Assembly: GCA_963836185.1 (NCBI GenBank)
Contig: CAWIIQ010000004.1
Location: 79,221-143,220 of the forward strand
DNA: 64,000 bases
Direction: 5' to 3'
Source of the DNA: Candidatus Krumholzibacteriia bacterium
Lineage (GTDB): Bacteria; Krumholzibacteriota; Krumholzibacteriia; Krumholzibacteriales; Krumholzibacteriaceae
In this document: positions 29,859-39,502 of the stretch, one piece after another
Position numbering within the stretch: the stretch's first letter is position 1
Layout: each line of letters begins with the position of its first letter
The notes under the pieces: generated by a model
The model's database searches: none
Told to the model about the DNA's origin: nothing
What the model saw: the letters and a program-made list of their open reading frames with translations, nothing else
Position numbers and translations under genes: made by a program

Positions 29859-31532
29859 TTAAGCATCCTCCAGGGCCTTTTCGACGAGACTTACCGTCTC
29901 TTCGGTATGTTTTACCACCTCGGCCCTGATCGCGCCCGCTTCCTTCGATATCTCGGCCTTGAATTTCTCGTCCTCGATGCCTGGGAGATTGATGATGACG
30001 TTAAGGTAGGCGCCTTCAGCCGCAGTACGCGCTGTCAGCGCAGCTACCCCCGCGTCACTCGATGAATTTGTGTTGCCCTTCTCGGCTACGATACGGGCCA
30101 GCCCTGCCGCTTCCTTCGTGCGTCTCAGGACGTTCATCGGGATGAGCGTCGCCTGCTTCGTGGTCTCCTCGATCGCCTCAGCCCTGGCAGCCTTCTGCTC
30201 GTCAGTCTTCTTTTTCATCCGCATCGCGTCCATGACCCTGTTGAATGCGTCTGTATCACGGTCGACGTCGGCAAGGAACTCGATCTTGAGCTTCTGCGCC
30301 TCGACTCCGACCCGCTCCATCTCGTCGAACGCCTCCTCGTAACCCTTCTTGCCGTGTGTAAGGGCCCCGACCATTGCCGAAAGAGCGCCGCTGAGGGCCC
30401 CGCATAACGCGGCGACGCTGCCGCCTCCCGGAGCCGGAGCGTCTGTCGAGAGGACGTCCGTGAAATGAGTCGCCGTCATTCCTACGAGGCTGTCATCGCG
30501 CCTCATGAAATACTCGATGATCTTCTTGTCCGGCTCGAACTCGTAGAGATCGCCGAGTCCCAGCGAGAGGATCGCTGAATGAACGAGCTCCGAGTCGGGA
30601 ACGCCAGTCGTCTTGCCCATCTTCTTGAGGTAGTGCCTGCCCGATTCGAGGAAAGCCTCGAGGGGGATCAGCCCGACGAGTTCGCTCCCCGTGACGCGCG
30701 CGCCCTGCTCGGCAGCTATCCGCTCACACTCGTCGAATACGAGGTGGGGAGGAGTGATCTTGTAGTTGGTCAGGTTGATCGATACCTGCGCCCTCCCGAA
30801 ATCCTCCATGTACCATCCGACCGCCTTACATTCCTTGAAGATGCCCGGCTCCCTGACGGTCTTTCCATCTTTATCGCGGAAGAGCTTGTTATCCTTGTCC
30901 CGTTTCAGTCTCCCCTTCTCGCGAATCGTGAATGCGATCTCCCTGGCGACCTTCGTGTCACGTGTATTGAGGTTGACGTTATAAGCGATGAGAAACTCTC
31001 TTGCGCCGATCACGGTCGCTCCCGCGCCGGCATTGAACTCGGCGGGCCCGAAATCGGGTTTCCACTGGGGATCGGCGAGCTTCGCCTCGAGGCCCTCATA
31101 TTCACCCGCGCGGATATTGGCGAGGTTCTGCCTCTCCGGCGTAGCGGCGGCGTACTCGTAGAGGTAGACGGGGATGCCCAGCTCATCGCCGACCCGAGCA
31201 CCAAGCTTCCGGGCCAGATCTGCGCAGTCGTCCATCGTCATGCCGCTGACGGGGATGAAGGGGCATACATCGGTGGCGCCCATCCTCGCGTGCTCGCCGC
31301 TGTGTTTAGACATGTCGATCACCTCGGCGGCCTTGCGGATCGCCCTGAACGCCGCCTCGACGACCTCGTCGGGAGTCCCGAGGATCGTAACGACCGTCCT
31401 GTTGGTGTCTTTGCCCGGGTCCACGTCGAGGAGCCTGACGCCCTCCACGCCCTTTATCTCACCTGTGATCTCATCGATTTTGGCCAGATCGCGGCCTTCG
31501 CTGAAGTTGGGTACGCACTCTACGAGTCTCAT
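29859..31532 (-). CDS. ftcd: Bifunctional glutamate formimidoyltransferase / formiminotetrahydrofolate cyclodeaminase
   Basis: LVECVPNFSEGR, HARMGATDVCPFIP, GAREFLIAYNVNL, APGGGSVAAL; the true start is internal to the ORF-track call. Confidence 0.93.
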   Translation of the reverse strand: MRLVECVPNFSEGRDLAKIDEITGEIKGVEGVRLLDVDPGKDTNRTVVTILGTPDEVVEAAFRAIRKAAEVIDMSKHSGEHARMGATDVCPFIPVSGMTMDDCADLARKLGARVGDELGIPVYLYEYAAATPERQNLANIRAGEYEGLEAKLADPQWKPDFGPAEFNAGAGATVIGAREFLIAYNVNLNTRDTKVAREIAFTIREKGRLKRDKDNKLFRDKDGKTVREPGIFKECKAVGWYMEDFGRAQVSINLTNYKITPPHLVFDECERIAAEQGARVTGSELVGLIPLEAFLESGRHYLKKMGKTTGVPDSELVHSAILSLGLGDLYEFEPDKKIIEYFMRRDDSLVGMTATHFTDVLSTDAPAPGGGSVAALCGALSGALSAMVGALTHGKKGYEEAFDEMERVGVEAQKLKIEFLADVDRDTDAFNRVMDAMRMKKKTDEQKAARAEAIEETTKQATLIPMNVLRRTKEAAGLARIVAEKGNTNSSSDAGVAALTARTAAEGAYLNVIINLPGIEDEKFKAEISKEAGAIRAEVVKHTEETVSLVEKALEDA

Positions 31533-31628
31533 CGGGACTGTCACTCTCCTTGTCTTGATTGTAGATATCTGGCAATATGTCAGAAGGATATACACGGTCA
31601 GCCCGCAGGTCAAGCACAGAGGGGCTTT

Positions 31629-32399
31629 ATGAGATTCTACCTCAGCGTACCGTTGAGCAGGTTCGACGATATGTTCGATGATGTCATAAAGGCCGGGTTC
31701 TGTCCCGAGGTCAGGATGACGAAGGCTGACTACCTCGCGAAGACGCCGATGTCGAGATTCGCCGAGATGAGGGATCTGCTGGAGAAGCGTTCGCTCAGGA
31801 CTTTCACCCACGGTCCATTCTTCGGCCTCGATGTCGCCAGTCTCGATATCTGCCTCTCCGAGTACTCCGTCGACTGCCTCAATATCGGGCTGGAAGCGAC
31901 TGCTGCGCTGGGCGGCAGCGTCATGGTGATGCATACCGGCTATCTTCCCCAGTTCTCACGGGGCGGGCGCAGGCACTGGCTGAGAAACTGGGCCGAGCGG
32001 ATGCCGAAGATAGTCGAGCATGCTGAAAAGCTCGGGGTGACCCTGGCTCTCGAAAATACCTGGGACGACCGCCCGGAGATAATGCTGCACCTGGCGGACA
32101 TGCTCCCCGGCGACAATGTGAGGTTCTGCCTCGATACGGGACACGTCAACGCCTTCTCGCATCTGGGGATCAGCAGGTGGTGGGACATGATGGGAGATCG
32201 CGTAGTCGCGATGCACCTGCACGACAACGACGGCATATCCGACGATCACCTGGCCCCCGGTGAGGGGATCTTCGATTTCGAGACGCTGGCCGGGAAGCTA
32301 AACTGCCTCGAGACGATGCCTCTGCTCGATCTCGAGGTCGATCTGCCGAGGGCCCCGCGCGGCAGGGAATACCTTGAGACCCTGCTTGCCGTTCTTTAA
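31629..32399 (+). CDS. Sugar phosphate isomerase/epimerase (xylose-isomerase-like TIM barrel)
   Basis: THGPF, VMHTGY, LALEN, CLDTGH, HLHDNDGISDDHLAPGEGIFDF. Confidence 0.85.
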   Translation: MRFYLSVPLSRFDDMFDDVIKAGFCPEVRMTKADYLAKTPMSRFAEMRDLLEKRSLRTFTHGPFFGLDVASLDICLSEYSVDCLNIGLEATAALGGSVMVMHTGYLPQFSRGGRRHWLRNWAERMPKIVEHAEKLGVTLALENTWDDRPEIMLHLADMLPGDNVRFCLDTGHVNAFSHLGISRWWDMMGDRVVAMHLHDNDGISDDHLAPGEGIFDFETLAGKLNCLETMPLLDLEVDLPRAPRGREYLETLLAVL

Positions 32400-32491
32400 G
32401 CATGTAAATTGACATGGGCCGGAAATTCCTCTACTGTAACCAGGCACAGGACAGGTAGCGGCATATTCGGCCAGTTCCAAGGGGTGCGGCA

Positions 32492-33733
32492 TTGGATTAT
32501 CTTTTTCTCATAATCATACTCGGCATCTTCGCGGCAAATATCATATTTAATATCATATTCTCGCGAAGAAGGCGCGGCTCGGAAGCCGACCAGGAAAAGC
32601 TTCTTCGGGACGAGATGAAGCAGAATCGCGAGGAGATGACAAACACACTCGTCAGGCTGCTCGGAGAGATGCGCGAGTCCCAGAACGAACGCCAGGAGAG
32701 TATCGGTAAACGTATAGGCGAGCTGACCGAATCGAACGAGAAGGCCCTCGGCAGCATGAGGGACAAGGTCGAGGAGCGTCTGAAGGAGATACAGGACAGC
32801 AACGACAGGAAGCTCGAAAAGATGCGTGAGACTGTCGATGAAAAGCTCCAGAGCACGCTGGAAAAACGGATCGGCGAATCGTTCAAGCGTGTCAGCGAGC
32901 ATCTCGAGGCGGTGCACAAGGGACTCGGTGAGATGAAGAACCTGGCAGATGGAGTAGGTGACCTGAAGAAGGTCCTTACTAATGTCAAGACACGGGGGAC
33001 ATGGGGAGAGGTCCAGCTCGGGAACATCCTCGAGCAGATAATGACACATGACCAGTACGGGACAAACGTCGCTACAAAGCCGGGATCTTCCGAGCGTGTC
33101 GAGTATGCCATAAAGCTGCCCGGTCCAGATGATGACCCTGATGTTGTTGTATGGCTTCCGATAGACGCCAAATTTCCCCAGGAGGACTATCTCAGGCTGG
33201 TAGAGGCTTCTGAAGCGGGGGATGTCGAGGCGGTCAACCAGGCGGCGGCTGCCCTCAGAGTATCCATTCTCGCTTCGGCTAAGGATATCAGGGACAAGTA
33301 TGTCGATCCCCCGAACACGACCGATTTCGCTATCATGTTCCTGCCGACAGAGGGGCTCTACGCCGAGGTGCTGAGGCAGCCAGGCATGGTCGAACAGCTG
33401 CAGAGAGATATGCGTATAGTCGCGGCCGGTCCTACGACTCTGGCGGCTATACTCAGCTCGCTTCGGATGGGATTCAGGACCCTGGCGATAGAAAAGCGTT
33501 CGAGCGAGGTATGGCAGGTTCTCAGGGCGGTCAAGACCGAATTCGGAAAGTTCGGCGAGGTTCTGGGCAGGCTGGGTAAGCAGCTCGATACAGCCAAGCG
33601 CACAGTCGACGCGACAGGCGTACGGACGAGGGCCATAGAGAAAAAGCTCAGGGGTGTCGAGACTCTTCCCGAATCCGACGCGACGAAGCTCCTGGAACTC
33701 CCCGATGAAGATTCTGAAGATCAGGATGAATAA
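32492..33733 (+). CDS. rmuC: DNA recombination protein RmuC
   Basis: NVKTRGTWGEVQL, LPIDAKFP, TDFAIMFLPTEGLYAE, GPTTL. Confidence 0.93.
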   Translation: MDYLFLIIILGIFAANIIFNIIFSRRRRGSEADQEKLLRDEMKQNREEMTNTLVRLLGEMRESQNERQESIGKRIGELTESNEKALGSMRDKVEERLKEIQDSNDRKLEKMRETVDEKLQSTLEKRIGESFKRVSEHLEAVHKGLGEMKNLADGVGDLKKVLTNVKTRGTWGEVQLGNILEQIMTHDQYGTNVATKPGSSERVEYAIKLPGPDDDPDVVVWLPIDAKFPQEDYLRLVEASEAGDVEAVNQAAAALRVSILASAKDIRDKYVDPPNTTDFAIMFLPTEGLYAEVLRQPGMVEQLQRDMRIVAAGPTTLAAILSSLRMGFRTLAIEKRSSEVWQVLRAVKTEFGKFGEVLGRLGKQLDTAKRTVDATGVRTRAIEKKLRGVETLPESDATKLLELPDEDSEDQDE

Positions 33734-33786
33734 TGTGATGGATATCCTGCTAGAACCATACAGGTAGATAACAGGAAGGATATTCG

Positions 33787-34317
33787 ATGAATGTACCATC
33801 CAGACCTCCAGTGACGGGCACCAGGATAGCGGCAGGAGCGACAGCCGCCTGGCTTATCTTTCTGGCTGTTGATTTCGTGCTTCATGCGGGGATATTTGCG
33901 GGCTGGTGGAGGGCAACAGGGAGCTACTGGATGCCGCCGGCCGATCTTTTCCGTCTGATACCGTTCGCCTATGTAGCTTTTGCGATCCATTGCCTTGTCA
34001 TGACCTGGCTGCTTGTCAGGATCCAGGGCGATGACAGGACCATCATATCGGCCGGCCGTTTCGGAGCGGCCGCAGGGCTCATCCTGGGGGCTGTCATAGC
34101 TCTCAGCAATTACTCGGTCTTAAGGCTGCCGGTCTTATCCCTTCTGGTCTGGCCCGCTTCATTTATGATCGAATCAGCGTTCGCATGCGCGGCGGCATCA
34201 TGGGTGCTGGACGCGCAGCGGCCCTGGAGGCGAGTGGCCATCGTGTTCGGGGCGGCTCTTGTCCTGATGATCATAGGTATCGTTTTACAGAATCTGATCT
34301 ACCCTGAACATGGATAG
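33787..34317 (+). CDS. Hypothetical membrane protein
   Basis: About 5 TM; RBS present. Confidence 0.7.
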   Translation: MNVPSRPPVTGTRIAAGATAAWLIFLAVDFVLHAGIFAGWWRATGSYWMPPADLFRLIPFAYVAFAIHCLVMTWLLVRIQGDDRTIISAGRFGAAAGLILGAVIALSNYSVLRLPVLSLLVWPASFMIESAFACAAASWVLDAQRPWRRVAIVFGAALVLMIIGIVLQNLIYPEHG

Positions 34318-34329
34318 ACAGGAGCATAC

Positions 34330-34881
34330 TTGGAGACATATACCGAGCCGAAAGAACTCATCGATAATCCCTCCTTTCAGGAGCAGAGGCAGAAAACCCT
34401 GGCCGCTCTGAGTGATGATATGATCGACGCTCCGATCGTCGATCTGATTAACGACCTCAACAGGCTGCCGTTCTGTTTTACCTTGCAGTGCTGCTACGGG
34501 CATTTCGTCTATGACGGCCGGAGCGATTCCCATAATCTGGAAGCACTGCCCGTAACGGATACTGTCAGTAAAGTCGATTACAGGATCGCGTACATCTGTT
34601 TCTGCGTAGAAAACAGCGCTGCAGGGAGAGGATTTCTCAAGATCCTCAAGGGGATAACGGATATCGATCCGGATAACATCCAGCTCTGCTCCGCTGAATG
34701 GTTCTGGGAAAGACACGTAAATACCTACGCACTGCAGGTCGAACCTGACAGGTTCAAGCGCCAGGATACGGCCGAACTCGATTTCCAGGAAGCCCTGCAT
34801 GTCGAAAAGATACGCAATGAGTTCTTTTCCCGGCTGAGATCCTCCATTTCGGGTGGTGTGGCGGACAGGCGAGCCGATTGA
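34330..34881 (+). CDS. Hypothetical protein with a TYW3-like N-terminal motif
   Basis: IDAPIVDLINDLNRLPFCFTLQCCYGH; TTG start after GGAG. Confidence 0.7.
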   Translation: METYTEPKELIDNPSFQEQRQKTLAALSDDMIDAPIVDLINDLNRLPFCFTLQCCYGHFVYDGRSDSHNLEALPVTDTVSKVDYRIAYICFCVENSAAGRGFLKILKGITDIDPDNIQLCSAEWFWERHVNTYALQVEPDRFKRQDTAELDFQEALHVEKIRNEFFSRLRSSISGGVADRRAD

Positions 34882-34906
34882 ACGTTTTTGACGAGGGACC
34901 GAAGTA

Positions 34907-35566
34907 ATGAAATATGTCTTCGCTCCGGGATGCGCCCTCTATCTGTACAAGCCCCGCCTGATCGATAAACTCCACGATTTCCTCAACACGGCCTACGGCA
35001 AGATGGACCAGCTGGCCACATGCTGCCGCCACACTCCTCGGATCCCGCCTGATACAGTTGTCATCAATATATGCCCGGGATGCGACAGGAGGTACCGCGA
35101 GAACTATGAAAATCCTCATACCGTATCCCTGTGGGAACTGCTGTCGGAAAATGACTCGTTTCCATTCCCGGACTATAAATCGAAAGAGATGACGATAATC
35201 GATGCTTGTCCCACGAGGGACCAGGTCCGGGTCCACCGGGCAGTACGGGCCGTGGCGCGAAAAATGAACATATCTATTGTCGAACCGGATAAGACGGGAA
35301 TTAAAAGCACCTGCTGTGGCGATACGTTCTTCGGGAATCTGCCGGCAGAAAAGGTGATTTTGCAGATGAAAGCGAAGGCCGCTGAAATGCCGCTCGAGGA
35401 TATCCTCGTCTATTGTGTCTCATGTTCCAAGTCGATGTTCGTCGGCGGGAAACGGCCCGGATATCTTGTCGATCTGCTCTTCGGGGAGGACACAGAGCCG
35501 CAGACATATGATCCGGACGAGTGGCACGCGCAGCTCGATGAGTTTATCGACAGTCACAAGGATTGA
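34907..35566 (+). CDS. (Fe-S)-binding CCG-domain-like protein
   Basis: FAPGC, TCCRH, CPGC, DACP, CCG, YCVSC. Confidence 0.75.
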   Translation: MKYVFAPGCALYLYKPRLIDKLHDFLNTAYGKMDQLATCCRHTPRIPPDTVVINICPGCDRRYRENYENPHTVSLWELLSENDSFPFPDYKSKEMTIIDACPTRDQVRVHRAVRAVARKMNISIVEPDKTGIKSTCCGDTFFGNLPAEKVILQMKAKAAEMPLEDILVYCVSCSKSMFVGGKRPGYLVDLLFGEDTEPQTYDPDEWHAQLDEFIDSHKD

Positions 35567-35713
35567 AATGGTGCGTGATCTGATGCTAAGCGTTACTCAG
35601 AGAAGATCGTTGTTTGTACTTTCGGGCCTGATGGCCGCGATGGCCCTCGCGGCGTCGGCAGCGGTATGGTTCAGTCGGGCGGGACCGCTGGATTCAGAGA
35701 AGGGTTAGAGGAA

Positions 35714-35902
35714 ATGGCGAGAGAAAGATCGATCAGAAAAGAGATAATCGCGCTCTGCGGTTCGATGGTAGTCGTCCTGCTCGGCGCGGCGCCTCTGTTC
35801 GACAGGCATAATGACGCACAGATACTGGCGATATTTTTTGGCGCTTTCGCGGCAGGGATAAGTTTCTATCGTCTGATCGAAAAAGTGCGGGAGAAAAAAT
35901 GA
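35714..35902 (+). CDS. Small 2-TM protein
   Basis: GAGG RBS; ATGA overlap with the next gene. Confidence 0.5.
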   Translation: MARERSIRKEIIALCGSMVVVLLGAAPLFDRHNDAQILAIFFGAFAAGISFYRLIEKVREKK

Positions 35903-36351
35903 GACGTCCAATAGCGTTCTGGGTCATCGTCATATTTCATGTGCTGTCTGCTATCCTGCTCCTGATCGGTCAGACGACAGCGATGTTCGCGTACGAGTTT
36001 GCCGAAAAGCTCGGTCTTCAGGAATCCCTGGAGGAAGTCACGGCGTTCGGTATCCAGATGAACAGGGCATTCGGGGCAGGTGACACCTTTGTGTATATCC
36101 CCTTGATCATACTTGCCCTGATCGGCCTGTTTCTGAGGAAACGCTGGGCACTGGTAATAAACGCGGCGGTAATGGGAATATCGGTGTACTGGACAGTCAC
36201 GATGACGGCGTTGATGATTTTTGCAAGGGTAATTCCTGGATACACGCTTCGGCCGGGACCGGATTACCTGGTATTCCTGGGCTCATTCGTGATATTCGGC
36301 GTCTGGGGGCTGCTGTATCTCGTATTTCGAGGCGACAGGCTCCTGCGATGA
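35899..36351 (+). CDS. Hypothetical membrane protein
   Basis: 4 TM; AFGAGDT..YIPL. Confidence 0.7.
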   Translation: MRRPIAFWVIVIFHVLSAILLLIGQTTAMFAYEFAEKLGLQESLEEVTAFGIQMNRAFGAGDTFVYIPLIILALIGLFLRKRWALVINAAVMGISVYWTVTMTALMIFARVIPGYTLRPGPDYLVFLGSFVIFGVWGLLYLVFRGDRLLR

Positions 36352-36363
36352 GGGGAAGATCTT

Positions 36364-36738
36364 ATGAATGAAAAGGAAGTGCTTCTCGGTACCTTCGAAA
36401 GACTCCGCAAGGCGCTGTTCGATTGTGATGTCAGCAGCCTGCGGGAGTTGATAGCCGGGGATTACATCGGATACGACCCGCTGGGGAATCCGCAGGACCT
36501 TGCGATGACTCTTGAAGCTTATCAACCGGGAGGCGCGCGGCTCGACAGGTACGATGTCGAGGACGTGGATGTGAGGATCATGGGGGAAGTCGGGATCATG
36601 ACCGGGAAAGGGTACATCCACGGAACGTTCGGGGATGCTGAATTCGAGCATGATCTGCGTTTCCTGGATCTGTATGTCATGCGGGATGGTTCCTGGAGAC
36701 TCTTTCTCTCCCAGGTCACCCCTCTGGTATCGGTATGA
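36364..36738 (+). CDS. NTF2-like/DUF4440 protein
   Basis: LRELIAGDYIG, DVRIMGEVGIMTG, LRFLDLYV..DGSWRL. Confidence 0.8.
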   Translation: MNEKEVLLGTFERLRKALFDCDVSSLRELIAGDYIGYDPLGNPQDLAMTLEAYQPGGARLDRYDVEDVDVRIMGEVGIMTGKGYIHGTFGDAEFEHDLRFLDLYVMRDGSWRLFLSQVTPLVSV

Positions 36739-37160
36739 ACAGTCCCGACAGAATAAGTAAAGAAGGGCTGGAAAGACTTCTTTCGCTGATCCCGGAACTT
36801 GAGGATCACGAGGGCTCGTTCGGCGAACATGATTTTACGGAAGAGGGGAACACCCTGCATATCGGACCGTTCAACTACTCGCCGTTGCTGGGAGAGATCA
36901 TGTCGGGAATCCATGAAGCCGGACTGCGCTTTCCATTCGACTGGCCTTCCTGGCAGGATGAGGCTGAGCGGATATATGATGAACCTGGTGAGCTCGAGAA
37001 AGCCGATCTCGAGACAATAAGGAAACTGCTGACCCTTCATCTGAGGAAAGAGCGGTTCTGTGAAGGACACCTCGCCGCCATATGTGAGAGCGGACTGATG
37101 TTGTCAACTCTGCGGAGACTTAAGGCGCTTTGGGACGAAGGAGCGATCGAGGCCGTCTGA
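36735..37160 (+). CDS. DUF6508-like protein
   Basis: PFDWPSW, ADLETIRKLLT..LRKERFCEG. Confidence 0.75.
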   Translation: MNSPDRISKEGLERLLSLIPELEDHEGSFGEHDFTEEGNTLHIGPFNYSPLLGEIMSGIHEAGLRFPFDWPSWQDEAERIYDEPGELEKADLETIRKLLTLHLRKERFCEGHLAAICESGLMLSTLRRLKALWDEGAIEAV

Positions 37161-37296
37161 GAGAACTGTCCTCTCTGATTTTAATTGCGGATAACGCATT
37201 CATATGGTAGGGTCTGCAACTTGAAAGACCGTTGAATGAAGCTTGCTAAATCATGTAATATTAAGTATTTGCGATAACAATCAGTATCTGATTCTC

Positions 37297-38271
37297 ATGG
37301 AAGCATCAGAAAAGCAGCAGAGCCCGAAACCGGTTAAAAAAAAGCCGCTGATCAAATGGCAGCGGCCAAATGTCCACGTGATGTACGCGCTGGCGCCGGC
37401 AGCAGCAGCGTCGATCTACTTTTTCGGTTGGCGAAGCCTGCTCATGCTCTCTGTAGTCTGTGTTGCCGGATTCCTGACAGAATACTTCTACCTCAAGGCG
37501 ACATACAGGGAGCCGGTATCATCGGCCGTCTTCGTTTCATCTTTCCTCCTCGCGTTGAGTCTTCCCCCGACGATCCCGATCTGGATGGCCGTTGTAGGGA
37601 TCGTGTTCGGGATTATGTTCGGCAAGATGGTCTTCGGCGGGTTCGGCCGTAACATCTTCAATCCCGCGCTCGTCGGAAGAGCATTCATATACATAAGTTT
37701 CGGGGGCCCCATGACTGCTGCCTGGGTGAATCATGTCAGCGGAGGAGCGGGCGGATTCGCTCGTTATTCGGCCGATGCGGTGACACAGGCTACTCCCCTG
37801 GCACAGCTCAGCGAGGGGCTACCCGTTTCGAAGATCTCGATGCTGATCGGAAATGAAGCGGGATGTATCGGTGAGACGAGCGCGATCCTTCTCCTGCTGG
37901 GAGGGATATACATCGTCTACAAGAAATTCGCGAACTGGCGCATCGTGCTTTCGATCTTCATCAGCATGCTCGCTCTGCAGACGGCGCTCTGGCTCGCAGG
38001 CGCCGGTAATGCCCTCGATCCTCTCAGCGCGGTGATAGGCGGCGGATTCATGATGGGCGCCTGGTTCATGGCGACCGATCCTGTGTCGGCCTCACAGACA
38101 AATGGCGGCAGGTGGATCTACGGCATTCTCATCGGTGCCCTGACAGTGCTGATACGTACCTTCTCTATCTGGGCGGAAGGCATGATGTTCGCCATACTCC
38201 TCGGAAATATGTTCTCTCCTATAGTCGACTATTATATCAAAGAGGCAAGGAAGAAGGGGGCGGCGGCATGA
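37297..38271 (+). CDS. nqrB: NqrB/RnfD-family subunit (short form, about 324 aa)
   Basis: VFGGFGRNIFNPALVGRAF, DAVTQATPL, GCIGETS, FMATDPVS, AEGMMFAILLGNMFSP. Confidence 0.8.
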   Translation: MEASEKQQSPKPVKKKPLIKWQRPNVHVMYALAPAAAASIYFFGWRSLLMLSVVCVAGFLTEYFYLKATYREPVSSAVFVSSFLLALSLPPTIPIWMAVVGIVFGIMFGKMVFGGFGRNIFNPALVGRAFIYISFGGPMTAAWVNHVSGGAGGFARYSADAVTQATPLAQLSEGLPVSKISMLIGNEAGCIGETSAILLLLGGIYIVYKKFANWRIVLSIFISMLALQTALWLAGAGNALDPLSAVIGGGFMMGAWFMATDPVSASQTNGGRWIYGILIGALTVLIRTFSIWAEGMMFAILLGNMFSPIVDYYIKEARKKGAAA

Positions 38272-38888
38272 AGAAGGAATCCTTTATGAAGAAGAGGATC
38301 TACCCTGTAGCCTTCATGCTGCTCGTTACCGTCGTATTTATCTCGGTCACCACGGTCATCTACACATTCACTAAAGATACGATCAAGCTCAACGAGAGGC
38401 TCAGGCTGAAGCAAGCAGTGCTTTACGCGGGAGGTGTCGGTCTTTCCAGTGATCCTGCCGGGATAGAGAAGGCGTTCGACGATCGCGTCGAAGAGGTAAA
38501 AGACAGTACGGGGAGGGTGAGGTACTACGCGATACGTGGAGAGGGAACAGCCGATATTGAAAGTTACGTAGTCATCCAGACAGGCGCCGGCCTGTGGGGA
38601 GAGATCACGGCAGGCGTGGGATTCGATCGCGATCTTGAGACTTTCAGGAGGCTCGAGATCATCGACCAGAACGAGACGCCGGGTCTCGGCGGCAGGATCG
38701 ACGAGACATGGTTCAAGGAGCAGTTTATGGGGAAGCGGCCTCCTTTGTCTTCGGTGCCCGAAGGCGATCCTGCTTCGGATAACGAGTTCCAGGCTATCAC
38801 CGGCGCATCCTATTCTACCGAGGCCATACAGACCATCGTGAACTCGGCTCGTGAATACGCGCGAACGGAGATACAAGGCGCAGAATGA
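38268..38888 (+). CDS. nqrC: NqrC-like FMN-binding subunit
   Basis: N-terminal TM, GAGLWGEI, ETPGLGGRI, ITGASYS. Confidence 0.8.
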   Translation: MKKESFMKKRIYPVAFMLLVTVVFISVTTVIYTFTKDTIKLNERLRLKQAVLYAGGVGLSSDPAGIEKAFDDRVEEVKDSTGRVRYYAIRGEGTADIESYVVIQTGAGLWGEITAGVGFDRDLETFRRLEIIDQNETPGLGGRIDETWFKEQFMGKRPPLSSVPEGDPASDNEFQAITGASYSTEAIQTIVNSAREYARTEIQGAE

Positions 38889-39502
38889 AAACTTTTAAGG
38901 TCAAAAAGGTGTTCCTCGAGGATCTCGGTGTAAACAACCCTGTGTTTATACAGGTACTCGGTATCTGCTCGACCCTCGCGGTGACGAACGTGCTGAAGAA
39001 CACGGTCGTCATGTCTGTCGGGCTGATCTTCGTGACGGCTCTGTCGAATGTGACGGTATCCCTGCTCAGGAACGTGATGCCCTCACGGATACGCATGATG
39101 GTCGAGACCCTGATAATCGCATCGTACGTGATCATCGTCGATATTGTGCTGAAGGCGTATATGCCGGAAGTATCCCGTCAGCTCGGGCCGTATGTAGGGC
39201 TTATCATCACGAACTGCATCATCATGGGAAGGGCGGAGGCTTTTGCCCTGTCCAATCCCCCAGGCCTGTCCTTTATCGACGGTGTCGCCTCAGCTATAGG
39301 CTATTCCTACGTGCTCATCGCCATCGCGATCATCAGGGAACTGATGGGATCGGGTTCGATCTGGGGCTATCACGTACTCGGGGACTGGTGGACAAACTGG
39401 TCGATCATGGTAATGGCGCCCGGGGCCTTCTTTACGCTCGCCATATTCATCTGGGTCGTCAAAGGGATAATGTACAAGCGGGAGGAGGGAAAGAGCTCAT
39501 GA
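38885..39502 (+). CDS. nqrD: NqrD-like subunit
   Basis: NNPVFIQVLGICSTLAVT, VGLIITNCIIMGRAEAFA. Confidence 0.85.
   Translation: MKTFKVKKVFLEDLGVNNPVFIQVLGICSTLAVTNVLKNTVVMSVGLIFVTALSNVTVSLLRNVMPSRIRMMVETLIIASYVIIVDIVLKAYMPEVSRQLGPYVGLIITNCIIMGRAEAFALSNPPGLSFIDGVASAIGYSYVLIAIAIIRELMGSGSIWGYHVLGDWWTNWSIMVMAPGAFFTLAIFIWVVKGIMYKREEGKSS

Noticed and set aside
30579-31934. Apparent long overlap of the 606-aa and 691-aa ORFs
   Set aside because: Both N-terminal extensions are spurious. The real starts are 31532 (-, ftcd) and 31629 (+), giving an ordinary divergent pair.
37161-37296. Rex/FNR-like operator upstream of the nqr-like operon
   Set aside because: The region is AT-rich with partial matches only, and no convincing palindrome.
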